Shown here one piece after another: positions 39,701 to 51,700 of a stretch of 64,000 nucleotides of DNA (position 1 is the stretch's first letter; each line of letters begins with the position of its first letter). The DNA comes from Mytilus californianus. Taxonomy: Eukaryota. The stretch covers positions 17,608,001 to 17,672,000 of the forward strand of contig NW_026262581.1 in assembly GCF_021869535.1 (NCBI RefSeq), given 5' to 3'. A program made the translations under genes and the position numbers. The notes below the pieces were generated by a model. The model was not told the DNA's origin and made no database searches. It saw only the letters and a list, made by a program, of their open reading frames with translations.

Positions 39701-42700
39701 TTTTCATATCTACTGTAGTGTATTATCATACATGTGCCTATAACAACCTGCTCAGTTGCTTAGTAAAACTCTTTTTTTGACATTATTAGCCACTTCACAA
39801 TGTGAGAGCAAATATGTTTCAAGCTTAATTCTGGTAGGACAAGCTAAATTGAAATTGTCTATTAGGGAGACAAAAATTGACCAGAATTAGATTATTGGGT
39901 TTTCTGCACATTGATATCATAAAATAACAACCAACACAAATCAAGCAACTTATTAAGCACTTTTTCTAAAGAGTAAAAGGAAATGTGGGTATATGTCAAA
40001 GAGACAGCAATCCCACAACACAATAAAACCAAATGACATGTACAGGTCAACATACTGTCTTCAACAATAGACAATTGTCTGTACAGTATTTCAAACTCTA
40101 CATCACCCTGTATCTGAAAAAGTTGTGATTAGGATTTAAAGTTACATTGTAACTAGAGATTAATTGTCTTGCATTATGATCTATTTATTTTAGGAATTTG
40201 AAGAAATGAGAAGGTCTTATGAGATAACAAAGCAAGAATTGGATGAAATACAGAAAAAATATGATGAACAAAGAAACAGTGAACTTGATAAAATAGAATT
40301 TGAAAGACTAAAGCTTAAAGAATTAGAACATCAACAAAGGTATGTGAATATATATGTGAAAGGTAAATAAGATGGCATTAGGAATTCAGTCTGGCCTTTA
40401 AAAAAAGTGATGGAATGCCAGACATAGGGATGCTAATCTGAAGGTGCTAGCTGCTTTAACTATTTGTAAAAAAATTATTTCAGAAGGTAGAAGGTCTGGG
40501 CACATACTACCTAGTGTAGGACTTTCTTGAAATTCACTTTTGACAGCCTGATCTAATTGTAAAATAACAATTGAATACAAATTATTTCCCTTATTGAAAA
40601 GTATACTGGTGTAAATACTGGTTCGCTGCAGTGTAGAGTAACGGTGAGAAGCAAATAGAAAACAATTTGCATTTCCAGCTTTATAATTGAGTTTGATTTC
40701 CAGTATGTTGAAGACCATCAACAATTTCTTTATTTTATATAAACCAAATGTTATCTTTAAATAAACAGGGATAAAAAAACCTAAATTGTTGACTCTTTAT
40801 TGAGCATCATTACTGTGATGCAGTTATACTCCTTGTCAAGGGAAATAACCTGCTTCAAATTATAATTTAAAAGTGCAATTCCTGATTCCAGAAAAGATTT
40901 CCTTTAAAGTATAATACAGATGTGTAGTATTACAAATTTCCACCTGTCATATGTTAATTGTCCTTGGTCTCATTTTCATAGTTCTGCATGTGTTTAAAAA
41001 AAATATGAATTTTCACCAATTATGAGTGATATGACAATTATATAATTAAATAAAGAAAGTATCCTTGCAGGGTCTTCATGTCTTTCAGAGAGGGTTCACC
41101 CGACCTCGACCTCATTTAATGGATCAGTGATCAATGTTTAGTCTTTGTGGTCAAGTCTGTTTCTCAGATTTTATAAGCAATAGGTCAACTTATTTGGTGT
41201 ATGGAATGATTGCATGTCTGCTAGAAGGGTACAATGCATGGTTCATTGGTCAGCATTTAGATTTTGTAGTTCGGTCTTTTTCTCAGATACGATAAGCAAC
41301 AGGTTAAATATTTTGGTGTATGGAATGAATATAAGGTGTACATGCATGTCTGTCTGGCAGGGTTCATGTGACATTGACCTCATCTATATGGATCTTTGAT
41401 AATGTTATGCTTACATGATACTTTTATTAAACCTTTATCTTAAGGTGGTACCCAACACCTTGACTAATATTAATTTGGCTCGTTTAATTTTCATAAAATT
41501 TTGACAAAATGTTTACTTTGACCCTTTGACAAAAATATAAAAATTTCAAAAAATTTGAACCAACCACTTTATCAGAAAAATTTCATTGGTTATATAGCAG
41601 TTTGACAAACACTAATTTTGATCATTGAGAAGCTTAATATTTCCTTAACAATACAACGTAATTAAAACGTTTAGTTGATTTTTACAGAGTTATCTCCCTG
41701 TAGTGTTAGGTACCACCTTAAATACTCTTTAACATAATTTCAATCAAGGTCAGTAAAGAAGGCCACACATCTCAGTGTGTGCACTCTTGTACTTTCGGTG
41801 TTTTTAGAAATCGTAGTTTTGTGTTCAGAATTGACCAAACAACTACACCATCATTAGTCTTGTTCATTTATTATTTAATGAAAATGACATATTTTGTTTA
41901 GAGCACATTAACTTTCCCATTCTCAGAAAGTTTTAAAAAGGTTGCCAAGGTAAACTTCTGCATTTTTTTTTTCAGAATTAATACTTTGGTAGAACAAGAA
42001 GTAAAAAGGAGAATGTTTGAAGAAAAAATTCTGAGGGAAAACTTTAGGAAAAAAGAAAAGGAAAAAGAAAGGATAGACAGAGCTGCTGAAATTCAGAAAA
42101 TTAAAGACATGCATAATAGAGAAATAAAACAGCTTAAAGACAAATATGAAATCCCCAGGTAAACCTATTGTCATATGTCTTGTAGATGTGTAATAATAAA
42201 ATTGAGAATGGAAATGGGGAATGTGTCAAAGAGACAACAACCCGACCATAGAGCAGACAACAGCTGAAGGCCACCAATGGGTCTTCAATGCAGCGAGAAA
42301 CTCCTGCACCCGCACCCGGAGGCATGTTTTCCAATTACCTCAAAAAGTATATTTGGACAACAGTAAATATAAAGTGTGCTGTTCGATTCAAGTATCTAAA
42401 ATAATCCTAAACCTTTAAAAATGTTTTGCAGCAGCATGGACCTGTGATGTGACATCATTTACGATAATGCTGACAGCATTTACATCCAAGAAAACACACA
42501 AATAAAATTTTGAGAGCGAAAAAAAAAATGTGTTTGAAAATCATTTTAATAGACAATTTAAAATGAATAAATATTTATGACTTGGAGAAAGTTAAATGTA
42601 TACAGAACTTTTTTATTTCTCTTGTTTGTTCAGAAATATCTATAAAAAAAAACCAAACAGGTACATGTTATTTTAGTTACTTAGAATTTATATGATTGTA

Positions 42701-45700
42701 AATTATTCAAATGTAAACTGGCTTAAAGTTATATAAAAATACTCAATGTAGAGTTATCAAATACATAACATGCTATATAGACAGTGATACTGGATTAATG
42801 GTTATGAAGATGCATGAAATAAATCACTAACTGGCAGGTAAATTAGTTTTTCCTCTGAAAGTGAATATAGATAGTTTCTAATAAAGAATAGCAAATGAGC
42901 CTCTACAGTATACAAGCCAGTGTCTTATTTAACTTCTTCAGTGGCATCTGAAAAAAATATTTGAAAGGCTGTAGTCTATGTCAATTTTCTTTTATTGTAA
43001 AAAATTCTCCAATTAATAAGTTTTCTGCTTTTAATTGTAGCACTTCTTCGAAAAGTTTGATGCCATCAAAGTCCAACCCTTATGTAACAGTAAGTATTTT
43101 ATTGTATTTAAAAAAAAAAATTTTAATCTGAATATGTTAATATCCAATAATGGAAATTATAGTACACTACAGCAGTAAAACAAAACAAATGTTTAAAAGT
43201 GCTTTAAATGCTTAATCCTGTATCTTTTTTTGCTAGATTATGACATCACTGAATGCAATTTTTCACAAATGTTTTGTCTTATTTCGAAGAAGCAGAAAAA
43301 GCAAGACTAAGGCATGCTGTTTCTGGCTGCAGTGTCAAGAATGTATTATTTTGTTGATAAGTTCAGTTTATGGGGAACCACGAGTGGTAGGTCAATAATA
43401 TTTTGTATGCAGTTGTATTATCATTTGCACATCTAATTTCCATGGAGATTATTTGGCCTTGTTGCCATAGTCATGGTCTATTGACTTTGAAACCTTTGCT
43501 TAGTTTACATGTATTAGTTTGTGATTATGTCAGTTTAAGGGGGAACCATTAGTGGTAGGTCAATGATATTTGGTATGCAGATGTAAAAGCATATGCACAT
43601 CTCTTTTCCATGGAGATTATTTGGCTCTGCCCCCTCAGTTGTGGGCTATTGCCTTCCAATGTTTTGCATAGCTAATACATGAATAAATATTGCCATTTTA
43701 ATTTCAACATTTGCATTATACTATCAAAATTTCAAAAAGGCAATACATTTATCTCTATGTCAACAGTTTATTACTTTAAATGAATAATATGATGGGTGCA
43801 GTGAATCAAGAACTACTTACCATTCCCAAGCAACTGAGTTCAACCCAAGTTTGGTGTTATGCTGCTCTATCTTTGGTTATCTGTTTTAACAAGGAATTAT
43901 TTGAATCTGGAATAGTTTTGAATTCTAGAAAATTGATAAGAAAGGTCTGATGAAAACTTACTCAATTTAGGAGGGTTTGCATGCATGGCTGAGGGGGTTA
44001 GTTAGTTCATACTGAATTATCAGTGAAAGTAAAATTAACCTTAGCCATTGGTGCATGGCTAACCCTATTTAATTGGGTTAGATTTCATCAAACATTTCTT
44101 ATCAATTTTCCAGGATTCAAAATTATTTCAGATTCAAATAATTCCTTGTTTTTAGTGTTTTCTGAACTGTTGTTTGCCTTTTGGATTTTTATACGACCAG
44201 CAAAAACAATTTTGTGGTCGTATATTGGTATGACGTTGGTGTCGTAATCGTCGTCGTCGTCCGGTGTCTGGCGTCGTCCGAAGACACATTAGTTTTCGCA
44301 CTCTAACTTTAGTTTAAGTGAATGGATCTCAATGAAATTTTACCATAAGGTTCAATACCACAAAAGCAAGGTGGGGATTGATTTTGGGGGTTATGGTACC
44401 AACAGTTAAGGAATTAGGGGCCAAAAAGGGGCAAAAAATAAGCATTTTTGTAACTTCCAGACATAACTTGTGTGTAAGTGTATGGATCTCTCTGACATTG
44501 TACCACAAGGTTCCATATCACAAAGGGAATGCTGGGATTGATTTTGGGGGTAATTGCCTCCAAATTTTAGGAATTAGGGGCCAAAAAGGGGCAAAAAACA
44601 AGCATTTTTCTAGTTTTATGACAATAACTTGTGTGTAAGTCTATGGATCTCTCTGACATTGTATCACAAGGTTCCATATCAAAAAGGGAATGCTGGGATT
44701 GATGTTGGGGGTAATTGCCTCCAAATTTTAGGAATTAGGGGCCAAAAAGGGGCAAAAAATTAGCATTTTTCTAGTTTCATGACAATAACTTGTGTGTAAG
44801 TGTATGGATCTTTATGAAATTGTACTACAAGGTTCCATTTCACAAAGGGAAAGCTGGAATTGAGTTTGGGGGTACATGTATTTACCCAAAAATGTTTGGA
44901 ATAAGGGGCCAAAAATAAGCATTTTTCTAGTTTCTAGACAATAACTTGTGTTCAAGTGTATGGATCTCTCTGAAATTGTACTGCAAGGTATCATACCACA
45001 AAGGGAAGGCTGGGATTGATTTTGGGGGTAATTCCCTCAAAATTTTAGTAATTAGGGGCCATAAAAGGGCAAAAAAACAAGTATTTTCTAGTTTCAGGAC
45101 AATAACTTGTGTGTAAGTGTATGGATCTTTATGAAATTGTACTGCAAGGTTTCATATCACAAAGGGAAAGCTGGGTTTGAGTTTGGGGGTAATTGCCCTA
45201 AACGTTTAGGAATTTGGGGCCAAAAAGGGGCCAAAAAACAAGCATTTTTCTAGTTTCCAGACAATAACTTGTGTTCAAGTGTATGGATCTCTCTGAAATT
45301 GTACTGCAAGGTACCATACCACAAAGGGAAGGCTGGGATTAAGTTTGGGGGTGATGAGTCATAAGGAGGTTCAAAAAATAGGGGGGGGATTTTTTTCCCC
45401 TTTTTTTTCTTTAAAATTTTCCATTTTAAATTGGTTATTTCTGATTTATGAAAGCAAATAATAATGATATGGTTTGAATAGGTAAATTAAAATTTTTTAA
45501 GTTCTTAGAACACTTTCATTCTGTGTCAGAAACCTATGCTGTGTCAAATATTTAATTACAATCCAAATTCAGTGCTGTATCAAGCTTGAATGTTGTGTCC
45601 ATATGCATACTTGCCCCAACTGTTCAGGGTTCGACCTCTGCGGTCGTATCAAGCTGCGCCCCAGCGGAGCATTTTATTTTCTGATGGACAAGGTGTTTTG

Positions 45701-48700
45701 TTTTTCTTTGACTTCGTTTGCCCATTGGTATCTTTTCCCCTTTAAAAAAAGTTTGACTTTCAACATAAAAAAAAGTCATAACTATAGTGACATTATCAGC
45801 AATAGTTCTGTCCCGGTTACTTTTAGTCATTAAATTTTAGTCTTATATTCACAATCATTTGTAATAATATGATCATGCAAAATTGTTTTATTGTTTAACT
45901 TGAATTTAACAAATAAAATATGTTTACACTATATTTAGGATATTGGATATATATTTTTTATAATTTTGCTATCAAAAGATAATGATGGGTCTTCATAATT
46001 TCGAAAGCATCAGTAATATGTCCATTTCATGCTTCTATTTATTGTAGTCTCCTGATACTGGAAAGCAATCACAACACAATCTACGAAGCAGATTTGTAAG
46101 TGTTCCTAAAAGATTTTTTGTTAATTGGTTTCAATGCTCTTAAAAAAATCAGAAAATGTGATATGGTTGCAAATGAGACAACTCTCTACCAGATACCAAA
46201 CGATGTAAAAGTTAGCAACTATAGGTCACCGTACAGCCTTCAACAATGATCAAACCCATACCGCAGAGCAAGCTATAAAAGGCCTCGAAATGACTAATGT
46301 GTACTTCGTTGGTCATTTAAATTTGTGGTTCACCTTTACCCAATAATAATAAATTCAGTAATTTTAATAGATTATGATATTCAACACAATTTTTACCGAA
46401 ATATATTTGAAAAAGTGTGTAATTTTAAAAATAACAATTAATAGGAATTGAAATAGAAGAACCTGAATGCAGCTGTTGTCAAATTGGTGGTAATTCTTGA
46501 GCATAAGCGTTTACTTATTTGGATTAAATGTATTATAAAATGCTTACTCAATACCGTATTTAGAGATATTGTTTATACTGCAATTTTAATCATTTTTGAA
46601 AATTGACTCTACCTAATAAGATATTTATTAAGTGATAGCTTTCCACAACTTTAAATTGTTGAACTATTGGATCTTTAATAATGTTTATTATTTCAGTTTC
46701 ACTGACAAAATTCAATTTCATTTAGTTAAATAAATCCAGAGACAATTGCTAATTGTTGATGTTGAAGATTATATTTTCTACCTCGAAAAATTGAATATAT
46801 AAATATGGCAAAAAATTCTAGCAAAAGAACAATTTACTAAATCATATGTCTTTTTTAATGTATTTAATTACATGTTATATGGCTTATTATTTATTTTTCT
46901 TCTTCATAGGTACAAATTAATGCATACAAGAACAAGAAAATAATTATTAATATTTGTATACTTGATATATGATAATCAGGCTTTTTATTTTAAACATTGA
47001 TTGAGAAGATATTTTATTATCCTCTCAGGAGATGTTATGTACAAAATGTAATCCCCATACCTGCAGCAATGACTGGTTTTATGTCCATATTTTGTTTTTA
47101 TATAAAACCAACAATTCTTGATTCCCAGGTCTGATATGGGTATCAAATTAAAAACTGCAATCTTTGTCAATAAAGTGGTTTTGTCAAAAGTTTAAAGCAC
47201 TTCAGCATTTCTAATGTGATAACTGCTAATCAGTTTTTGAAAAAAAATTCACTTGCGATTGCGTCTTGTTTGTTTCATGTCAGGAAGTTTTAAAATAAGT
47301 CTACTCATAACTCGAGAAAACGTGCCTGGATAGCTAACAGTATTTTATGGCCTTGGTCTAACATATAGGCTACACAAAGAAGTGTTTTTCTCAGCAAATT
47401 TTATGGTAATAGGTAATTAGTTAGTTTCATTAGAAAAAGACCCATTAAAGAATTCTAATTATCATTACTAGGAAATCTGAAATAATGAAATTTGCATGTA
47501 GGTATATTACATATGGTATTATCAATGAATTACAGTTGTTTTATCATTTATGTTCTTACAGAGTGGGTCAAACATATCATTATCTGGTTCCCAGATGGGA
47601 GATATTCCAGCACTGAGTATTACCATACCGGCATACAGGTTACAGGGTTATGGATCTGATGAACATTATGCATATGAAGTACAGGTAAATTGTTATGACA
47701 ATTCTGAGTAAGGGTTTTATCAGCAAATGTTTTCATATTTAGCCATACATTTGGGGGTTTTAGTTGATTTTAAGCTATTAAAATATTAATCAGTGATTAA
47801 ATTTTTAATTTGAATGTATACCAGGTTTTTTTTAAATATAAAAAATGGAATTATTCATTACAGCAAAACAAATTGACAAACATGTCAACCAAAAAACCTG
47901 TTAAAATGTAAACTGCAAGCATGCTGATACTTATTCTCCAAGAGATTCTGTTTAATGAAACTGTCATGTATTTAGAATAATGAAATTAATATCTACAGAT
48001 AGCAGTAGGAGATGAGAAGTGGACAATATACAGAAGATACAGTCGATTTAGAGATCTACATCAGGAATGGAAGAAGCATTACTTACAGGTATTTCCTTTC
48101 ATTTTATTTCTGAGTGTACGTAGTAAGGGTTGTGCAAGTTAATGTCATTTCTTGCCATTAGGCCAGACTTTTTTTTTATCTGTTTAACGAGAAAATTTGT
48201 AAAAAATTAGGGTCGAGGGGACGAAATTAAAAAAAAATAAAAGTGCAAAGTTGGTCCAGTCGACACTAAAAATAAAAATAAAACCATTATAAGTGACCTT
48301 TTTTTTTTAAGAATTTATCAAAATACAAGAACAATGAAATGAAAACAGACCAGTATATTAACCTTCTATTAATATGAACATAAAAAATATCTTTTGATTC
48401 TGTATGTCCTCTAATTTAGATCCATGCATATGCACCAGGCAAATCTATCAACCTCCCTGCATATACACTATATATATGTATATTACCAGTCAGGAACCTC
48501 TTAATGTATGTTACATGTTTATACTGTATATACAATTCAATTAAAAAAACTACTCTGTTATCATGTTCATGAAATTAATTATTTTTCATTAAAAAGATAT
48601 ATTCATTTAACCGTTTAGCTTGGAAATAATATAATTATTTTATATTAGTGTAATAGACATGATTGAGCAACATTAACTTATAAATTGAAACAATGCATTA

Positions 48701-51700
48701 AAAAGGAAATATAAACATTAATCAAAAATATCTAACCAAAAGTACGTTAATGCGTGTGGAATGCGTAATTTTTTTCTTTTGGGATCAATTTTTGTCTGTC
48801 AGCAGTGCCATTCATGCGTCCGTAGTCATTATCACAAGAATCCGGATTTCGGTCATAGCGGCTCCGCTTCCAATGAAATCCCTACTCCGATCCGTAGTTC
48901 TGCAAAAATATACCCAATAATTTAAATGTCGGAGAAAACTTAACAAAAATAAACGATGTTTGATACGCTTTTTGGAAAGGAATATGACGTTTTTAATGCA
49001 ATACATGGATTACAAATTTACTTCAGGCTAATTTCATCAAGTTCAAATGAAGTAATAATTTATTTAGCCGAAAGTTAGAATGATTTGATGTACTCTCTTG
49101 TGTAACAAGTACCGGCGAAAGTGGTTTTAAACAAATTGTTTTTATGAAAAAACATGCCACCAGCTTGAAAAATCAATGCTAAATTAACCTCTTTTTTGAA
49201 GTCATAAACCGTTTATGCCTTTAATTTCTTTACTTTGAAATTGCTGTTTCATCGACTTGGTAAAAATAAATATTACCGATGATGAAAACGGGTATCGTAA
49301 ACCACAGATTTTATTTTTCTTCTGAGGATTTCGTAACAGTCGGCGGGAAAAATAAAAATAAAAGTAAAAAGCACTTCTTTTATTTTTATTCTGAAATTGG
49401 GAAATTGGAGTCGGCGGATCTCGTTAAACAGATAATAAAAAAAGTCTGGCCTTATTTGTTTGTTAATTAATTCAAAGGCCTTTTTTTTTAATCCTTATAT
49501 TGAGTCTGGTGACCTTGTCACTAGATCAACATGGTCCCTGTTGTGTTTTTTCCTAATTGATTGTTGAGCTGAATTTTTCTTATCGTTTTCCGCTGTCTGT
49601 ATCACTGTATAAAAGGGTGATATATATACCCTTATTACATTAGGGCTATTACATTAAAATGTATGTGGGAGGGTAGGAAAGGAGATTAATTATTGAATGT
49701 GGGTCATGGGTCTTTTTTCATTATGCATCTATTACCATTATGCAAAATTATCTAAAAAATGGTTCTTGGTTGTAGGGATATTTTGAAAGTCCCTTCCTAC
49801 CCTCCCACATACATTTTAATGGAATAGCCCTTACCACACAATTATGTACAAGATAAGTGTTGAATGAAAACAAAACTGAAATGTGTAACATTTATGGGGG
49901 GCAGGGTCAATATACCATAATTTACACACCAGACTGTACTGGTTACCAGTGCACAAATCGGTGCTAGGGGTTGTCTTAAACTTGCAGTGAGGTGATAGTT
50001 TTTTTCCTCTGTGTTGAAAGCCTCACTATGACTTAGAGATGAAGAACAGCAATAAAAGCACTGTTCCTTTACTGTTTGTGTTTTTTGCTGTGCATATACT
50101 GATTTTGTGTCATGGATGGATACCCCTTATCTTTTCTTTTCTATAGGCAAACATTTATCATATACTTATCACGTTATACTCAGGACAGAAAAAAAATTTG
50201 AAGAATCAAGCTCTGCTGAAAACATACTTATAAAAACCAGTGCTTTATACATCTATAATCAGGTTAAACTGAAAATTTCAGAAGCAACAGTTGATATATT
50301 GTACTTAATTTAGTTTTATTTATGTTAACTGGAAGTAATGATTATGTTAAAAAATGCTATAAATCCCCCCTAGGAAAAAACGAAATAATCAAATGTCTTC
50401 CAGTTTGATAACATTCTATAGAAAGTTGGTCTCGAAAGAGTAGACCTGCAGAAATGAAAAATTATTTCTGGCAAATTTATCATATTTTTAAAAGGCCAAA
50501 TTTAAACACATAGAATTTAAAGAAATTGATGAACATTTATTTAACTGAAAAAGGTAAGAGATGAATGAAAGGCAGCAACGATACAACACAAGGTAAATGA
50601 AAATACACACAGGGCCGTAACTACATTGAGGCAAATGAGGCAAATGCCTCATGTTGAAAATTTCGAGAAAAAAAAATTATAAGTTGACACAAAAGCTTGT
50701 CCATATCAAATTGTTTTCACTGCGAGTGTCTTGCAAGAAGCAAGTTCTGTTCACCCTCTGACGTCGTCCCCTGTTTTTCGGTATCCATGTTCCTCATTTA
50801 TTTCTAGTTTTCAGTGTTGATGGTCTATTGTTTGTCATTATGTGTCTTATCTGTTACCGGGTTTGTCTTTTGTTTGTTTATTGCCCTTCTTTATGACTAT
50901 TGTCTCAGTGTTGAATTTCATTTGTAAATTTAATTTAGTAATTTTGTTTTAAACTTGATTTTTGTTATATTTAAGGACCTTTTGTCTAATTTTAAAGCCT
51001 ACTTTAAATGGTAAAAATATTTGAAATTAGCTCTCGCTTTTTTGTTCTGAAGCGGCGTTAAGCGAACACCAATCAATCAATCAATCAATCAATCTTTATG
51101 ACTAACGCTTCAGTTGTCCAATATTAAGCTGTTTTTGATTCTTCTCGTAACATCTGTATGTTGTAAACGTTCGTTCTCTGCTTTGAGTAGACTTAAGACT
51201 TGGGAAAGATCAACGATGACGAGTGAAAGGTTGTGTGGTTTGGCAATGTTGCATGTCCACCGATGTCGAAAAAATGGTTTGAGAAGATTCTATGCTACCG
51301 GACATAGAAAAATTTGTTGTTTTTTCATGGAAAATTAAACTTTATATTAAAGAATACAAGACTGGCTCTCTTTTCTGTAAATAAAACTAAAAAGCTGACA
51401 TGGGTTAAATTAAAGTGAGACAACCAATCTCCCAGAATCAAATCATTTGTAAAGAAAAATCACGTATTGCCATACAACCTTTTACATTGAAGGGCTAAAC
51501 TTGCATTAAGCCGTGTTCAGGCCCTTAAAAAGAAAATAAAGGGATATGGAGTAAATGTGCAATGGACAAAATCGCACACACTACATAGAATTAATTCGAA
51601 AAAGTACAATTTATCAATGAACAGGGTTTTTATTCCTGTTCTTCATCTTGACAGTCGCTTGAGGGTCTTCAACAATGAAAGAATCATTCATACCCTACAA

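Noticed and set aside
51114-51338. A functional transposase or ZMYM/THAP-like gene
   Set aside because: Only ~50 aa of the dimerization motif remain. It uses a non-ATG start, has no catalytic domain, and is preceded by a microsatellite-tailed insert.
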